A stretch of DNA of 64,000 nucleotides from Saprospiraceae bacterium (GCA_035299505.1 DATGWL010000042.1:791-64790); one strand, 5' to 3'. Shown: positions 44,372 through 54,127, numbered from the stretch's first letter. Numbers and translations are program-made. The notes: generated by a model from the sequence alone, not told the origin.

Positions 44372-46492
44372 TTATCCCCTGATATAGCCTGCAAGATCCG
44401 GATACTTTTTCAGTAAGGCTACGGCTTCGGCTTTTTGCAGGCGTATACCATTGATGTAAGCAATAATTTTGGCTTCGGTGAAGCCTTGATTTACCAGGTC
44501 TTTGCGCAAAAGTGCGGCTTCGCTGAATTGTTTAAACACACCGGCGGTGTATCGGTACGAGCCTGTTCCGGGTTGTGTTTCAATAGCCAGATCGCCAAAC
44601 ATGGAAATGATGTCGTTGGTCAGGATTTGGCGCGTTACAGCAGCTTCCACCCGATAGGAAAGGCCATTGGTTTGTTCTTCCAGTCGCTGCGCACCGGGCG
44701 CTGCCATGAATTCAGAGATTACCGGGCGCTCCAGGGTTTGGCGCAGGGGCAGGTTTTCCATCGAAACCAGACTCATTTCAATGCGCTTGTTCAATCCCGC
44801 CGCAGCCGGATTGGGTTGGGCATCTATCACCTCACGCGCCACCGGATAACCTGAGCCCATACAGCGCAACAGTACCCGGTTGGCTGGAATGCCTCGCTCC
44901 GTCATGGCCTTACCGATGATTTCGGCGCGTTTGATTCCATTGTACAAATCAAATTTCGGCTGCGTACCGGCATCTGTATGTACGGTAACCAACAGAGACG
45001 CCTGCGGATAATTCCGCGTCAGCGCAGCTACCTGTTCCAATACCTTCATGTTGTCGGCCGACAATACATCCTTATCCGAATTATACATCAAAACTGGAAT
45101 GGTGACCTCCCGGATTTCCTGCATGTCGCCCGCTGTGGGTTCGGTTTGAGAGAACACAGCCACCTGTGCCAGGGCCATTTGTTCCGGCTGGTTTTCCTGA
45201 TAATAAGCAATATACAAATCGCGCTGGCCATGACCGCCCAGTCGATCAGAGGCGAAATAGGCCGCATGACCGTCGTTGGACAGTCGGAAATAAACATCGT
45301 CGTCCGGTGAATTGACTGGCGTTCCCATACTTTGTGGCGCTGTCCAGATGCGTTTCTTGATATCAAAAACACTGCGGAATACGTCCATGCCGCCCATGCT
45401 CTCCAGCCGGTTACTGCTGAAATACAAGGTTGCGCCGTCTTTCGACAAAAACGGCATGTCTTCATCGTAGGCAGAATTCAGCTCCGGGCCGAGGTTCTGA
45501 GGTTCACTCCAGGTGCTGTCATTGCGCATGGTCCACCACAAATCCAGACCGCCCAGACCACCTGGCCGGCGACTGGCAAAAATGATGGTATGATCGTTGA
45601 AAAACAAAGGGTTACAATCTCCTGCATCGGCCTTAACCGGGCTTTGGAAGGCCGGGGATTGCAGGGAATATTCATCTTTCCGGGCGGCTGTATCTGCAAA
45701 AATCTCACCGCTGTACAGGGTATATCCTCTAAAAAAATACAGAATCTGCCCGCTTGTGTTGAAACCGAGCGGTACTTCAAACCGGGAGGTGTTCAGCAAA
45801 CCGCCCAGGCTGCCTTGCATTTCCCAGCCACTGTTCAGCAATCGGGCGGCGTACATATCACTGCACCAATGACCGCGTTGCTCATCCACGAAGCCATCGT
45901 CGTTGCGCTCTCCGCCGGAACTACCCTGCCGGGCTGCGGCAAAATAAATCCGGTCGGCATGATTGACGGAAGGAATGGGGGCAAACTCATCACCAGGGGT
46001 ATTTACTCGGTCGCCCAGGTTTTCTACCAGTGCAATTTGTGGGTTGGCCCCGGCTTGCATGCCTGTCACACAGCGCTTGATATTGTCGGTAACGTGGGCA
46101 CGCAGGGGATGCCGCTCGCCGCTCACCCTAAGGTATTGCTTGTAGGCGGTAATGGCTTTTTCCCAGTCGCCCAGGCCATGTCGCACCCTGCCCAGGTAGT
46201 AAAACAAATCGGGGTCTTTCCGACCGGGGTCCTTGGCGGCCACGTATTCCAGATAGCGGCGGGCTTCTTCTCCACGGCGCAATTGAAACAAAGCGATACC
46301 CAGCTTGCTGAGCACCTCCAGATCGCCGGGTTTGGCTTTTTGGTACTCGGCAAGCCGGGCTTCCGCTTCTGCCCAGCGACCATTAGCAAAGGCGCGTTCG
46401 CCATTCCGACGGGCCTCAGTGGGGTTTTGGGCCAAGGCGCTTGCCGACAAAAATGTGAGAAAAAGTAGTAATATGCGTGCTGCGCTCGACAT
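44372..46492 (-). CDS. TPR / PD40 (TolB-like) beta-propeller / OmpA-like / SPOR-like multidomain envelope protein
   Basis: Signal peptide. TPR region. PD40-type motifs (DEFAPIPS, DEDMPFLSKDGATLYFSS, DDDVYFRLSNDGHAAYFASDR). OmpA-like LLVTVHTDAG...NGIKRAEIIGKAM..RGIPANRV. C-terminal SPOR-like YRVEAAV...YRYTAGVF. Confidence 0.8.
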   Translation of the reverse strand: MSSAARILLLFLTFLSASALAQNPTEARRNGERAFANGRWAEAEARLAEYQKAKPGDLEVLSKLGIALFQLRRGEEARRYLEYVAAKDPGRKDPDLFYYLGRVRHGLGDWEKAITAYKQYLRVSGERHPLRAHVTDNIKRCVTGMQAGANPQIALVENLGDRVNTPGDEFAPIPSVNHADRIYFAAARQGSSGGERNDDGFVDEQRGHWCSDMYAARLLNSGWEMQGSLGGLLNTSRFEVPLGFNTSGQILYFFRGYTLYSGEIFADTAARKDEYSLQSPAFQSPVKADAGDCNPLFFNDHTIIFASRRPGGLGGLDLWWTMRNDSTWSEPQNLGPELNSAYDEDMPFLSKDGATLYFSSNRLESMGGMDVFRSVFDIKKRIWTAPQSMGTPVNSPDDDVYFRLSNDGHAAYFASDRLGGHGQRDLYIAYYQENQPEQMALAQVAVFSQTEPTAGDMQEIREVTIPVLMYNSDKDVLSADNMKVLEQVAALTRNYPQASLLVTVHTDAGTQPKFDLYNGIKRAEIIGKAMTERGIPANRVLLRCMGSGYPVAREVIDAQPNPAAAGLNKRIEMSLVSMENLPLRQTLERPVISEFMAAPGAQRLEEQTNGLSYRVEAAVTRQILTNDIISMFGDLAIETQPGTGSYRYTAGVFKQFSEAALLRKDLVNQGFTEAKIIAYINGIRLQKAEAVALLKKYPDLAGYIRG

Positions 46493-46571
46493 TTCAGGCG
46501 ATTTTTAAAATGCGAAGGTAGCAGCATTCGGGGGTAGAATGGAAAGGCCTACTTCTTTTTTGAGCGCATCA

Positions 46572-46997
46572 CTATTTTTCCTCCATGATTTTTTTCAGAG
46601 CATCCAGCAGCGCGCCCCAGTTTTGCACGGAATGGACCTTTTTTTCCAGGGTGTCGATATTTTGCTGAACGAGGCTGAGTACCGTACTATTACCCTTCGC
46701 TTTTACCCGATAAGTAATGATTTGGTAGTTTTCCGGACGATCTTCCAGATCAGACCAGCTGCTAAAATAATCGTAGCGGAGCATTTTTTCGGGCTCAAAT
46801 TGCAGCACAGTGCCTTTGTCTTCGTAAGGTTTGCCTTCCCATTCGCCGCGGAAATAAACGGGGCTTCCGGGCTGCCAGCTGGTGACCAGGTTTGTGCCAA
46901 AAAAATACTGTTTAACCAGTTCAGGTTGGGTGAGGCCGGCCCAGACTTTGGATACCGGCGCATGGATGGTTCGTTGAATTTTTGCTGTGAATGCCAT
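46572..46997 (-). CDS. SRPBCC/AHSA1-like ligand-binding domain protein
   Basis: Track ORF trimmed to ATG 46997. IQRTIHAPVSKVWAGLTQPELVKQYFFG is typical of the Aha1/BPI-like SRPBCC family. Confidence 0.7.
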   Translation of the reverse strand: MAFTAKIQRTIHAPVSKVWAGLTQPELVKQYFFGTNLVTSWQPGSPVYFRGEWEGKPYEDKGTVLQFEPEKMLRYDYFSSWSDLEDRPENYQIITYRVKAKGNSTVLSLVQQNIDTLEKKVHSVQNWGALLDALKKIMEEK

Positions 46998-47044
46998 ATC
47001 GTTTTTGATTTCAGCAGCAAAGGAATTCCGGGCTACTGACAACC

Positions 47045-47770
47045 TTATGTCAGTGGATGGTTTGGATTTTTTTCAATCTCCTGCTGAGCATTTTGCAGGT
47101 ATTCCTGCAGACTGATATGGTCATTTCTCCGGAAAGGTTCCAGACTTACCCGCAGTTTTTGGATTCGCGATACCCTGAAATCCCGGTATTCATGGCGCAG
47201 GTGACACCAGGCAACCAGATGCCAGTTCAGGGAGTAAAACGTGAGTCCGATAGGCTCCAGTTCGCGAAGACTAGGCTCGCCCTGTGCGTTTTCGTAGGTT
47301 ATATGCACGATTTTTTGCTGCACAATGGCCTGTTGCAGGGGTGTCAGATAATCGGTAGACGGCATCAGGTGCTCGTATTTATCGGGGATAAAATGAGCAG
47401 TTTGCGATTGGAATTGTTCCATCACTTCGCGCTGTGTGCGCCCGAGCACCATTTTAATTTTTTGCAGGGCTTGTGTGTAATGTTGCTGAATGGATTTATC
47501 GGCAAAACGAATGATCAGTGGTTCTGCCATGGAAAGTGCATTGGCCTCTTCCAGGGTAAGGGAAACAGGGGGCAGGAAAAACCCTTTTCCTACGGAATAT
47601 CCCTTTTCCGGCTCAAACTCCACCGGCACTCCGATTTCGCCCATAGCCCGCAAATCCCGGAAAACGGTGCGTTCACTGATGCCAAAATGCGCCGAAAGCT
47701 CCGCCAGAGTTCTGCGTTTTCCACCCTGCAGGAGGGTGATCATGCCCATTAATCGATCAATGCGGTTCAT
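47045..47770 (-). CDS. YafY-family HTH-WYL transcriptional regulator (second WYL regulator in the window)
   Basis: N-terminal HTH MNRIDRLMGMITLLQGGKRRTLAELSAHFGISERTVFRDLRAM. WYL core NWHLVAWCHLRHEYRDFRVSRI. Confidence 0.85.
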   Translation of the reverse strand: MNRIDRLMGMITLLQGGKRRTLAELSAHFGISERTVFRDLRAMGEIGVPVEFEPEKGYSVGKGFFLPPVSLTLEEANALSMAEPLIIRFADKSIQQHYTQALQKIKMVLGRTQREVMEQFQSQTAHFIPDKYEHLMPSTDYLTPLQQAIVQQKIVHITYENAQGEPSLRELEPIGLTFYSLNWHLVAWCHLRHEYRDFRVSRIQKLRVSLEPFRRNDHISLQEYLQNAQQEIEKNPNHPLT

Positions 47771-47779
47771 GAGGAGCGT

Positions 47780-48259
47780 TTACTCAACTGCCGGTTTTTT
47801 CCACACGTAGGTGTCATTTTCCATGATCTCCTTGCCCCAGATGGGCGCCTCTTTCTTGAGTCGCTCCACGATTTCGGTACAGGCATCGATGGCTTCCTTT
47901 CGGTGGGCAGCAGAGGTAAAAACAAACAGGCAAATTTCGCCGGCCGGCACCACGCCCAGGCTGTGGTAAATATGCATGCAGGTAAGCGGGTATTGGGCAA
48001 AAATAGCTTCACGGATTTCGTGGAGTTTTTCCTCCGCCATTTCAGTGTAGGCGGTGTACTCAATAGCGGCCACGGCTTGCTCCCCGATCTGGTCCTTGCG
48101 CACCTGACCCAGGAAAATACTGTGTCCGCCAATACCTGTTTTGGTGCTGTGTTTGGCGATTGAATCGGCAATAAATGCCGGAGAAATGGGGCCTTCCACA
48201 AAAACCTTTTTGGGTTTGCGGGCAGGTTTTTCGCTTGTATTTACTGCTGGGTTTTCCAT
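47780..48259 (-). CDS. moaE: Molybdopterin synthase catalytic subunit MoaE
   Basis: Track ORF trimmed to ATG 48259 (MENPAVN...). GGHSIFLGQVRKD, LFVFTSAAHRKEAIDAC, APIWGKE. Overlaps the moeB stop by 19 nt. Confidence 0.85.
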   Translation of the reverse strand: MENPAVNTSEKPARKPKKVFVEGPISPAFIADSIAKHSTKTGIGGHSIFLGQVRKDQIGEQAVAAIEYTAYTEMAEEKLHEIREAIFAQYPLTCMHIYHSLGVVPAGEICLFVFTSAAHRKEAIDACTEIVERLKKEAPIWGKEIMENDTYVWKKPAVE

Positions 48260-49332
48260 TTTAGAATGCCTCCTTTTAAATGGTAAACACTTTGTAGCGG
48301 CAATCGTTCGGTGAGGAGAGTCAAGGCAGTTACGCTCCTTACGCCGGATTGACAAAAAACGATAAGCGGCCGGGCCGGGTCAATGAGGTGCAGGTTGTTT
48401 TCCAATTCTGCCAGCGGGATGCGCAGATGTTCAAATTCAGTCACTTTAGGCCACTCGTGGAGGTTGCGTACATCCAGGATCTGCGGCGCAATGTTTGCCC
48501 GCAATTGGTCAAAGGTTTCTCCGTCAATGTCTTGATAATCAACTGATGGCATATTGCAAAACCATTCGTAATTCATTCCCCGGAAATCCTCCGGGCTTGC
48601 AGGCGCCTGTGCTGGTGCATCCGTATGGGGCACAAGATCCAGCGTATAGGTGGAATGGTTCAACAGTTGGTAACAAAATAATCTGTTGGCCATGGGAACG
48701 CCCAATCCGGCAATCAATTTGATGGCTTCGGCGGCCTGCATAGTGCCTATAATTCCCGGTAAAACTCCCAGTACTCCCGCTTCGTTGCAATCTGCCACTT
48801 CTGAAGGTTGCGGAGGTACAGGAAATAAATCCCGATAGCTGGTGCGAACTCCGTCCACAGGCCAGTGAAACACACTCATTTGTCCTTCAAAACGAAAAAC
48901 CGATCCGTAAATCAGGGGTTTGTTCAGCAGCCTGCATGCATCGTCTACCAGATACCGCGTGGGGAAATTATCCGTGGCATCCAGCACCACGTCAAAATTG
49001 GCCAGGAGTTCCAGGGCATTTTGGGTGTCAATCCGGGTAATGAACACCTGCAGGGTCAGAGCGCGGTTCATCGCCTGTAGTTGCCGGGCAGCTACCTCAG
49101 CTTTGGGTTTTCCTAAATCCTGTTCGGTATAGAGTACCTGTCGCTGCAGATTGGATTCTTCCACCACATCAAAATCCACGATACCGATGCGTCCTATGCC
49201 TGCTGCCGCCAGGTATTGCAGCGCCGGACAGCCCAGTCCACCTGCGCCTATCACCAGCACACTTCCGGCGGCCAGTCGTTGCTGACCGGCTTCGCCCAGT
49301 TCGGGTAGAATAATTTGTTTTTGGAAGCGCAT
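48241..49332 (-). CDS. moeB: MoeB/ThiF-type adenylyltransferase with a C-terminal rhodanese domain (MoeZ/MoeBR-like)
   Basis: VLVIGAGGLGCPALQYLAAAGIGRIGIVDFDVVEESNLQRQ. C-terminal rhodanese with CQSGVRS. Confidence 0.88.
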   Translation of the reverse strand: MRFQKQIILPELGEAGQQRLAAGSVLVIGAGGLGCPALQYLAAAGIGRIGIVDFDVVEESNLQRQVLYTEQDLGKPKAEVAARQLQAMNRALTLQVFITRIDTQNALELLANFDVVLDATDNFPTRYLVDDACRLLNKPLIYGSVFRFEGQMSVFHWPVDGVRTSYRDLFPVPPQPSEVADCNEAGVLGVLPGIIGTMQAAEAIKLIAGLGVPMANRLFCYQLLNHSTYTLDLVPHTDAPAQAPASPEDFRGMNYEWFCNMPSVDYQDIDGETFDQLRANIAPQILDVRNLHEWPKVTEFEHLRIPLAELENNLHLIDPARPLIVFCQSGVRSVTALTLLTERLPLQSVYHLKGGILKWKTQQ

Positions 49333-49337
49333 CGCCT

Positions 49338-49565
49338 TTATCCTCCCGAAAACGGCGGCAGCAGGGCTACTTCCGAGTGTTCGGTAAGGGTTGTTTGGTC
49401 GTTAGCAGTTTTTTTATCCACGGCAATCAGGTAGCGCATGTTTTTCAATTCCGGGTAACTGGATTCCAGCCTGGCCCGCAATTCCGCTACAGTTTCAGGA
49501 CCACTGAGTTCCTGCTCCGGCTGGCGCAGTATATCGGTTAATTTTCCAAATGCGAGGATTTTCAT
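49338..49565 (-). CDS. moaD: Molybdopterin synthase sulfur-carrier subunit MoaD
   Basis: Track ORF 49338..49682, trimmed to ATG 49565. 75 aa ending in LLPPFSGG (ubiquitin-like GG terminus). Confidence 0.8.
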   Translation of the reverse strand: MKILAFGKLTDILRQPEQELSGPETVAELRARLESSYPELKNMRYLIAVDKKTANDQTTLTEHSEVALLPPFSGG

Positions 49566-49583
49566 AAGCCAAAGATATGGGAA

Positions 49584-49746
49584 AAGGCACAAAGCGGACG
49601 AAGGCACAAAGGTACGGTGGGCACGAAGGCGCGAAGACGCTAAGGCGCTAAGGCGCGAAGTTTTTAAGTGCGCAAAGCGCACTTCTATGGAATCCTTAGT
49701 GTCCTTGTGTCTTCGCGTCTTAGCGCCTTTGTCCGCTTTGTGCCTT
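49584..49746. repeat. Nested word-repeat palindrome (AAGGCACAAAG / GCGCTAAGGCGC words) between the tauE-like gene and moaD
   Basis: aaggcacaaagcggac (49584-49599) mirrors gtccgctttgtgcctt (49731-49746). The inner word gcgaagacgctaaggcgc mirrors gcgccttagcg..., and the centre is aagtgcgcaaagcgcactt. Confidence 0.88.
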
Positions 49747-49749
49747 GTC

Positions 49750-50487
49750 TCAAGTGAGGAGGAGTTTCAGGGAGGCAATCAGGAGCACCACTGCGAGGCT
49801 GATTTTCAGCGCCTTTTGAGGAAATTTGAACGCCCCTGCCCAGGCGCCAGCCAATCCGCCAATGATGGCTATGGCAACCATGAAGGCCATTTCTCCACTA
49901 AAATTCACCCCGCGCTGGAGTTGTCCGATGAGTCCGGCGATGGAATTGACTACAATGAAAAGGGCGCTTACAGCAGCGGCTTGTTTCACATTAGCCCAGC
50001 CCAGCAGGATAAGCAGGGGCGACAGGATAATACCGCCTCCAATGCCTATCATGCCGGAGAGTGCGCCAATAACCCCGCCCATGAGCAGCGCGCCCGGAAT
50101 TTGCAGGGGGCGGTCAGGCACGCGGGTGGTTTCCAGTGGCAGTAAAAACCGGATAGCAGGCAGGAGCAACAAACCGCCAAGGATTTGTTTGTACAAACTG
50201 TCGGGAGTGGCCATCAGACCTCCCAGATAGGCGGCAGGAACTGCGGCCAGGGCCAGCGGCCAGAAGGTTTTCCAGGAAAAATGTCCGCCTTTGTAATAGG
50301 AAAAAAAGGAAATGCTGGCCACGAAAATATTCAATACCAGCGCTGTGGGGCGCATTACTTCAGGGGCAAAGCCAAAAAGCGCCATCAGGGCCAGGTACCC
50401 GCTCGCGCCGCCGTGACCCACAGAGGCGTACAAAAATGCTACCAGCAAAAGCAATACGCTGAACAGGAGGTTGATCTCGGGTGTCAT
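49750..50487 (-). CDS. TauE/SafE-family sulfite-exporter-like membrane protein
   Basis: 245 aa, about 8 TM helices, with GGGxxxxPLL-type internal repeat (GIGGGIILSPLLILLG). Confidence 0.75.
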   Translation of the reverse strand: MTPEINLLFSVLLLLVAFLYASVGHGGASGYLALMALFGFAPEVMRPTALVLNIFVASISFFSYYKGGHFSWKTFWPLALAAVPAAYLGGLMATPDSLYKQILGGLLLLPAIRFLLPLETTRVPDRPLQIPGALLMGGVIGALSGMIGIGGGIILSPLLILLGWANVKQAAAVSALFIVVNSIAGLIGQLQRGVNFSGEMAFMVAIAIIGGLAGAWAGAFKFPQKALKISLAVVLLIASLKLLLT

Positions 50488-50488
50488 G

Positions 50489-51673
50489 TTACATGGGGTG
50501 AACCAGGTGTACTTCTACGGGTTGTCCTTGGGGCACTTCCGTGGTGTCTTCCTCCAGCACGATCAGGCAATCGGCCAGTGCAAAGCCGTCCATTTTATAC
50601 GATTCCTGTCCGTGCAGCGGCCACACCATATTGCCATCCAGTTTGCCTTTCAGGAAATGGGTGAGTCCGGCTTTTTTGCTCAGGGTTTGGGCCAGTATTT
50701 TTTGGGTGGAGCGCGGGAAATGGCCGGTTTTACCCAGCATTTTGCGTAACATGGGTTCTACGTATTCGTAGTAACAGGTGAGCACGGAGCCTGGATTTCC
50801 GGGCAGACCGAATACTCGTTTTTGGGTGTATTTTCCGAAAAAAAGTGGTTTCCCGGGCTTTTGTTTGACTTTGTAAAAGCCGGTTTCCACGCCACAATGT
50901 TCCATAGCCGCTTTCACCAGATCGTAATCGCCCACGGAAATGCCGCCGGTACATAGCACTACGTCGCATTCGGAAAGTGCTTTTTGCAAACTGTTGATGA
51001 TATCCCCGGCTACATCATCGCAGCGGAAAACCAGGGCGGGTGTGAGTCCGATCTCCGCCAAAGCGGCGGTCAGGGTGATGGAGTTGCTCTCGTAGACTTG
51101 TCCGGGCTGTAGTGGGGCGCCCGGCATGGCCAGTTCTTTACCTGTGATGATGAGGGCAATGCTGGGTTTGGTCCATACGTGTACGGCGTGTATGCCCAGG
51201 CCGGCCAGCAGGCCTATGGCTGCCGGGCTGAGGGTGGCTCCGGCGGGGAGTGCCAGGGCGCCTTTGGCGGTTTGGGAGGCGCGAAGGCGCACGTTGGCGC
51301 CAGGCTTGAGCTCTGGATCTTCGAGGTAGAGGAGGTTGTTTTCTACCCGTACTTTTTCCTGCATGATTACGGTATCGGCGCCTTCCGGTGTGGGGGCTCC
51401 GGTGAAAATCCGCATGGCTGTGCCGGGTTCTGTGAGGGCCCGGGGCGCTACTCCGGCCTGCACTTCGCCGATGATGCGAAGCGGGTGGCTGGAATCCTCA
51501 AACCGCAGGGCGTAACCATCCATGGCCGATTGATGAAAGGGGGGCATATCCACCGGAGCATAAACCGGCTCGGCGAGTACCATGCCCAGACTGTCGGCCA
51601 GGGGTCTGGTTTCAGCGGGTAAAGGCGGGATGGCGGTGGATATGATTTGTTTGGCGATGGAGACGGAAGTCAT
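50489..51673 (-). CDS. moeA: Molybdopterin molybdenumtransferase MoeA
   Basis: PPFHQSAMDGYALR, RIFTGAPTPEGADTVIMQE, LCTGGISVGDYDLVK, FGLPGNPGS. Confidence 0.9.
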   Translation of the reverse strand: MTSVSIAKQIISTAIPPLPAETRPLADSLGMVLAEPVYAPVDMPPFHQSAMDGYALRFEDSSHPLRIIGEVQAGVAPRALTEPGTAMRIFTGAPTPEGADTVIMQEKVRVENNLLYLEDPELKPGANVRLRASQTAKGALALPAGATLSPAAIGLLAGLGIHAVHVWTKPSIALIITGKELAMPGAPLQPGQVYESNSITLTAALAEIGLTPALVFRCDDVAGDIINSLQKALSECDVVLCTGGISVGDYDLVKAAMEHCGVETGFYKVKQKPGKPLFFGKYTQKRVFGLPGNPGSVLTCYYEYVEPMLRKMLGKTGHFPRSTQKILAQTLSKKAGLTHFLKGKLDGNMVWPLHGQESYKMDGFALADCLIVLEEDTTEVPQGQPVEVHLVHPM

Positions 51674-51679
51674 GGATTT

Positions 51680-51770
51680 TGGATTCGCGCGAATTTTGGG
51701 GTTTCACACAGATTGGGTTTCGCACAGATTTTACACAGATTAGTTGCACAAATTTTACACAGATTTACCG
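51680..51770. repeat. CACAGATTTTA word repeat (third copy of the core flanking the WYL gene)
   Basis: tttcgcacagattttacacagattag (51718-51743) is identical to 8734-8759. It is flanked by degenerate cacagatt words. Confidence 0.85.
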
Positions 51771-52751
51771 TCACCCGCCAATGGCAATCATACTGCGGTT
51801 TTGGAGTTTATCGGCTTCAATTTGGTCATAATCGGCGCGGAGTTGGCCACCGAGGGCTTCTTCTTTAAGATCGAGGCAATATTGGATGAGTGGTACGATG
51901 TCTTCTCCTTTGCGCAATGCGCCCAGCAGATCTACCTCAGAGCTGGAGAACAGGCAGTTTTTCATTTTACCATCAGCGGTGAGTCGCATGCGGTTGCAGC
52001 CAGCGCAGAAGGGTTCGCTCATGGTGCTGATGATGGCAAAAGTGCCTTTATGGCCGTACACCTGGTATTTGCGCGCAGTATCATTTTTGCCGTCGCGCAG
52101 TTTTTCAAAATCGAACCGGGCGCCAATTAGTTCCAGGATTTGTGCGGCTGGAAAAACCCGGTCGTGTTCCCACTGATTGCCCTGGAAAGGCATGAATTCA
52201 ATGAAACGGGTGTGAATAGGCATGTCACGGGTCAGGGCCACAAAATCAGGAAGTTCCTGTTCGTTTACGCCTTTCATCACTACGGTATTCACTTTTACGT
52301 GCAAACCGCGTTCCACCAGTTGAGTCAGGTTGCGCCATACTTTGTGCCAGTTGTCGCGCCGGGTCAGGGCAAAAAAGGTTTCCGGATTCAGGGTATCCAG
52401 ACTCACGTTGAGTGAGCGTATGCCTGCGCGCAGGAAGTGTTCCAGAAACTGATCGGCCAGTACGGCGTTGGTGGTGATGGTGAGTTCTACCGGAAGGGCC
52501 GAGAGTCGTTTGATAATTTCTGCAGCTTCCTTTCGTACCAGGGGTTCGCCGCCAGTGAGCCGGATTTTTCGCACGCCATGGGCTACAAAAATCCGGGCCA
52601 TGATCTCTATTTCATCGGCCGACATCAGGCTGCTGTGTGGCATGCACTTGATATGCTCATCAGGCATACAATACGAGCAACGCAGGTTGCAGGAATCCGT
52701 CAGGGAAATCCGCAGGTAATCGTGCACGCGATGGAAGCGATCTGTGAGCAT
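51771..52751 (-). CDS. moaA: GTP 3',8-cyclase MoaA (radical SAM)
   Basis: The track start at 52778 is a TTG. ATG 52751 gives MLTDRFHRVHDYLRISLTDSCNLRCSYCMP (CxxxCxxC). The C-terminal Cys cluster CAGCNRMRLTADGKMKNCLF is present. Confidence 0.92.
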   Translation of the reverse strand: MLTDRFHRVHDYLRISLTDSCNLRCSYCMPDEHIKCMPHSSLMSADEIEIMARIFVAHGVRKIRLTGGEPLVRKEAAEIIKRLSALPVELTITTNAVLADQFLEHFLRAGIRSLNVSLDTLNPETFFALTRRDNWHKVWRNLTQLVERGLHVKVNTVVMKGVNEQELPDFVALTRDMPIHTRFIEFMPFQGNQWEHDRVFPAAQILELIGARFDFEKLRDGKNDTARKYQVYGHKGTFAIISTMSEPFCAGCNRMRLTADGKMKNCLFSSSEVDLLGALRKGEDIVPLIQYCLDLKEEALGGQLRADYDQIEADKLQNRSMIAIGG

Positions 52752-52899
52752 GGGAATGGTGAGGGCTTTCAGAAACAAAGTTCTGTGGGGTAAAGTTCGA
52801 AAGTTTTAGGGGAATTACGGGAGGAGTGTTGTACTTGCGAAGAATTTGTGCTTTTCTTTGGTCCGGATATTAAACAGTCAATCAAACGCATTCATAATA

Positions 52900-53595
52900 A
52901 TGAATATTAACGAAATGCTTGAGGAATACCTCCAGCAACGCAAAGCACAGGCTTTTTCAGACTTTAGACGATTGACCAACCCAAACCCACTTATGGAGAA
53001 CCTGTTGTTGGCGTTGGAGTCTATAGATGAAGAGCTTGTGCAGCAAAACTTTTTTACAGAACTTGTCGAAAATTGTCAAAATAACTGGACAAACGAGGAG
53101 GAAGGCTTCAACCCGGAAGAAAAGATTCAGGTGTTGTTGTTTGAGTATGATTATTATTTTACTAAAAATCCGCTTGCGCTGGCTTACGGCTTGATTGGCA
53201 AGGACTTCAAAATTAAAATAAAGCCTTATAGATATGGTTATAACTATGAATTTGCTTCAAGTTTAGAAGCAAATAATGGGCTTACCCTGACAACTTTTTC
53301 TCCACTTGCAGCATTGGGTGATGAAATTCCGGAGGCGTATGCATCATATGATTTTTTTGAAGACGAAGGCTTTACACCACTCATTGATGCGTACAAATTT
53401 ACTACTTATTTAATTGCACATCGGGCTGTACGGGCCTTTGTTAAAACAAATGCATTCAAACGTCTGAGCAGGGAAACGATCTTACATGTGATGATAGGTG
53501 AGCATGATACCTGGGAGACACAGCCTATTTATTTTGATTGTGCTGACCCAAATTGGATAACAAAAGCCATTGAATTGCAAGGAGAGGGGGTGTAA
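52900..53595 (+). CDS. Hypothetical cytoplasmic protein in a low-GC islet
   Basis: Track ORF trimmed to ATG 52900. No signal peptide and no family recognised. Lines 53161-53220 and 53221-53280 count 24/60 and 18/60 G+C, far below neighbouring genes. Confidence 0.55.
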   Translation: MNINEMLEEYLQQRKAQAFSDFRRLTNPNPLMENLLLALESIDEELVQQNFFTELVENCQNNWTNEEEGFNPEEKIQVLLFEYDYYFTKNPLALAYGLIGKDFKIKIKPYRYGYNYEFASSLEANNGLTLTTFSPLAALGDEIPEAYASYDFFEDEGFTPLIDAYKFTTYLIAHRAVRAFVKTNAFKRLSRETILHVMIGEHDTWETQPIYFDCADPNWITKAIELQGEGV

Positions 53596-53611
53596 ACCAA
53601 GATCATTCATC

Positions 53612-54127
53612 ATGAAAATAAGTATCCGGGAAGTTGCGACTAATGAGTTGCGCAATCTCCAAAAAATAGGCAGAGAAACCTTCTACGAATCTTTTGCATC
53701 CGTCAACACACCGGAAAACATGCAGTATTACCTGGATCAAAGTTTTTCAGAAGCTGCGCTCGCTGAGGAGTTATCCAACCCGGATATGGCTTATTATTTT
53801 GCCCTGATTGATGGGGAGCCGGTTGGCTATTTGAAGCTGAATTTTGGGGCGGCGCAAACGGATATCCACGACGATGCCTCGGTTGAAATACAACGGATTT
53901 ATGTGCGCCAGGCATATCAGGGACAAAAGATCGGGCAGTTTTTATTTGAACATGCGATGGCTATAGCCCGGCAGCGCAGCGCGGAATACATCTGGCTGGG
54001 CGTGTGGGATGGCAACCCGAACGCCATCCGGTTTTACGAACGGAACGGTTTTGTTACCTTCGGGCAACATGAATTCATGCTGGGAGACGACAGGCAGCGG
54101 GATTGGCTGATGCGCCTGGATTTGTGA
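53612..54127 (+). CDS. GNAT-family N-acetyltransferase
   Basis: Track ORF trimmed to ATG 53612. Acetyl-CoA motif A: IQRIYVRQAYQGQKIGQFLFEHAM. C-terminal FYERNGF. Confidence 0.8.
   Translation: MKISIREVATNELRNLQKIGRETFYESFASVNTPENMQYYLDQSFSEAALAEELSNPDMAYYFALIDGEPVGYLKLNFGAAQTDIHDDASVEIQRIYVRQAYQGQKIGQFLFEHAMAIARQRSAEYIWLGVWDGNPNAIRFYERNGFVTFGQHEFMLGDDRQRDWLMRLDL

Noticed and set aside
52752-52899. Moco riboswitch upstream of moaA
   Set aside because: The roughly 150-nt leader is long enough, but I could not confidently recognise the Moco-motif conserved helices by eye. A covariance-model scan would decide, so it is not reported as a feature.
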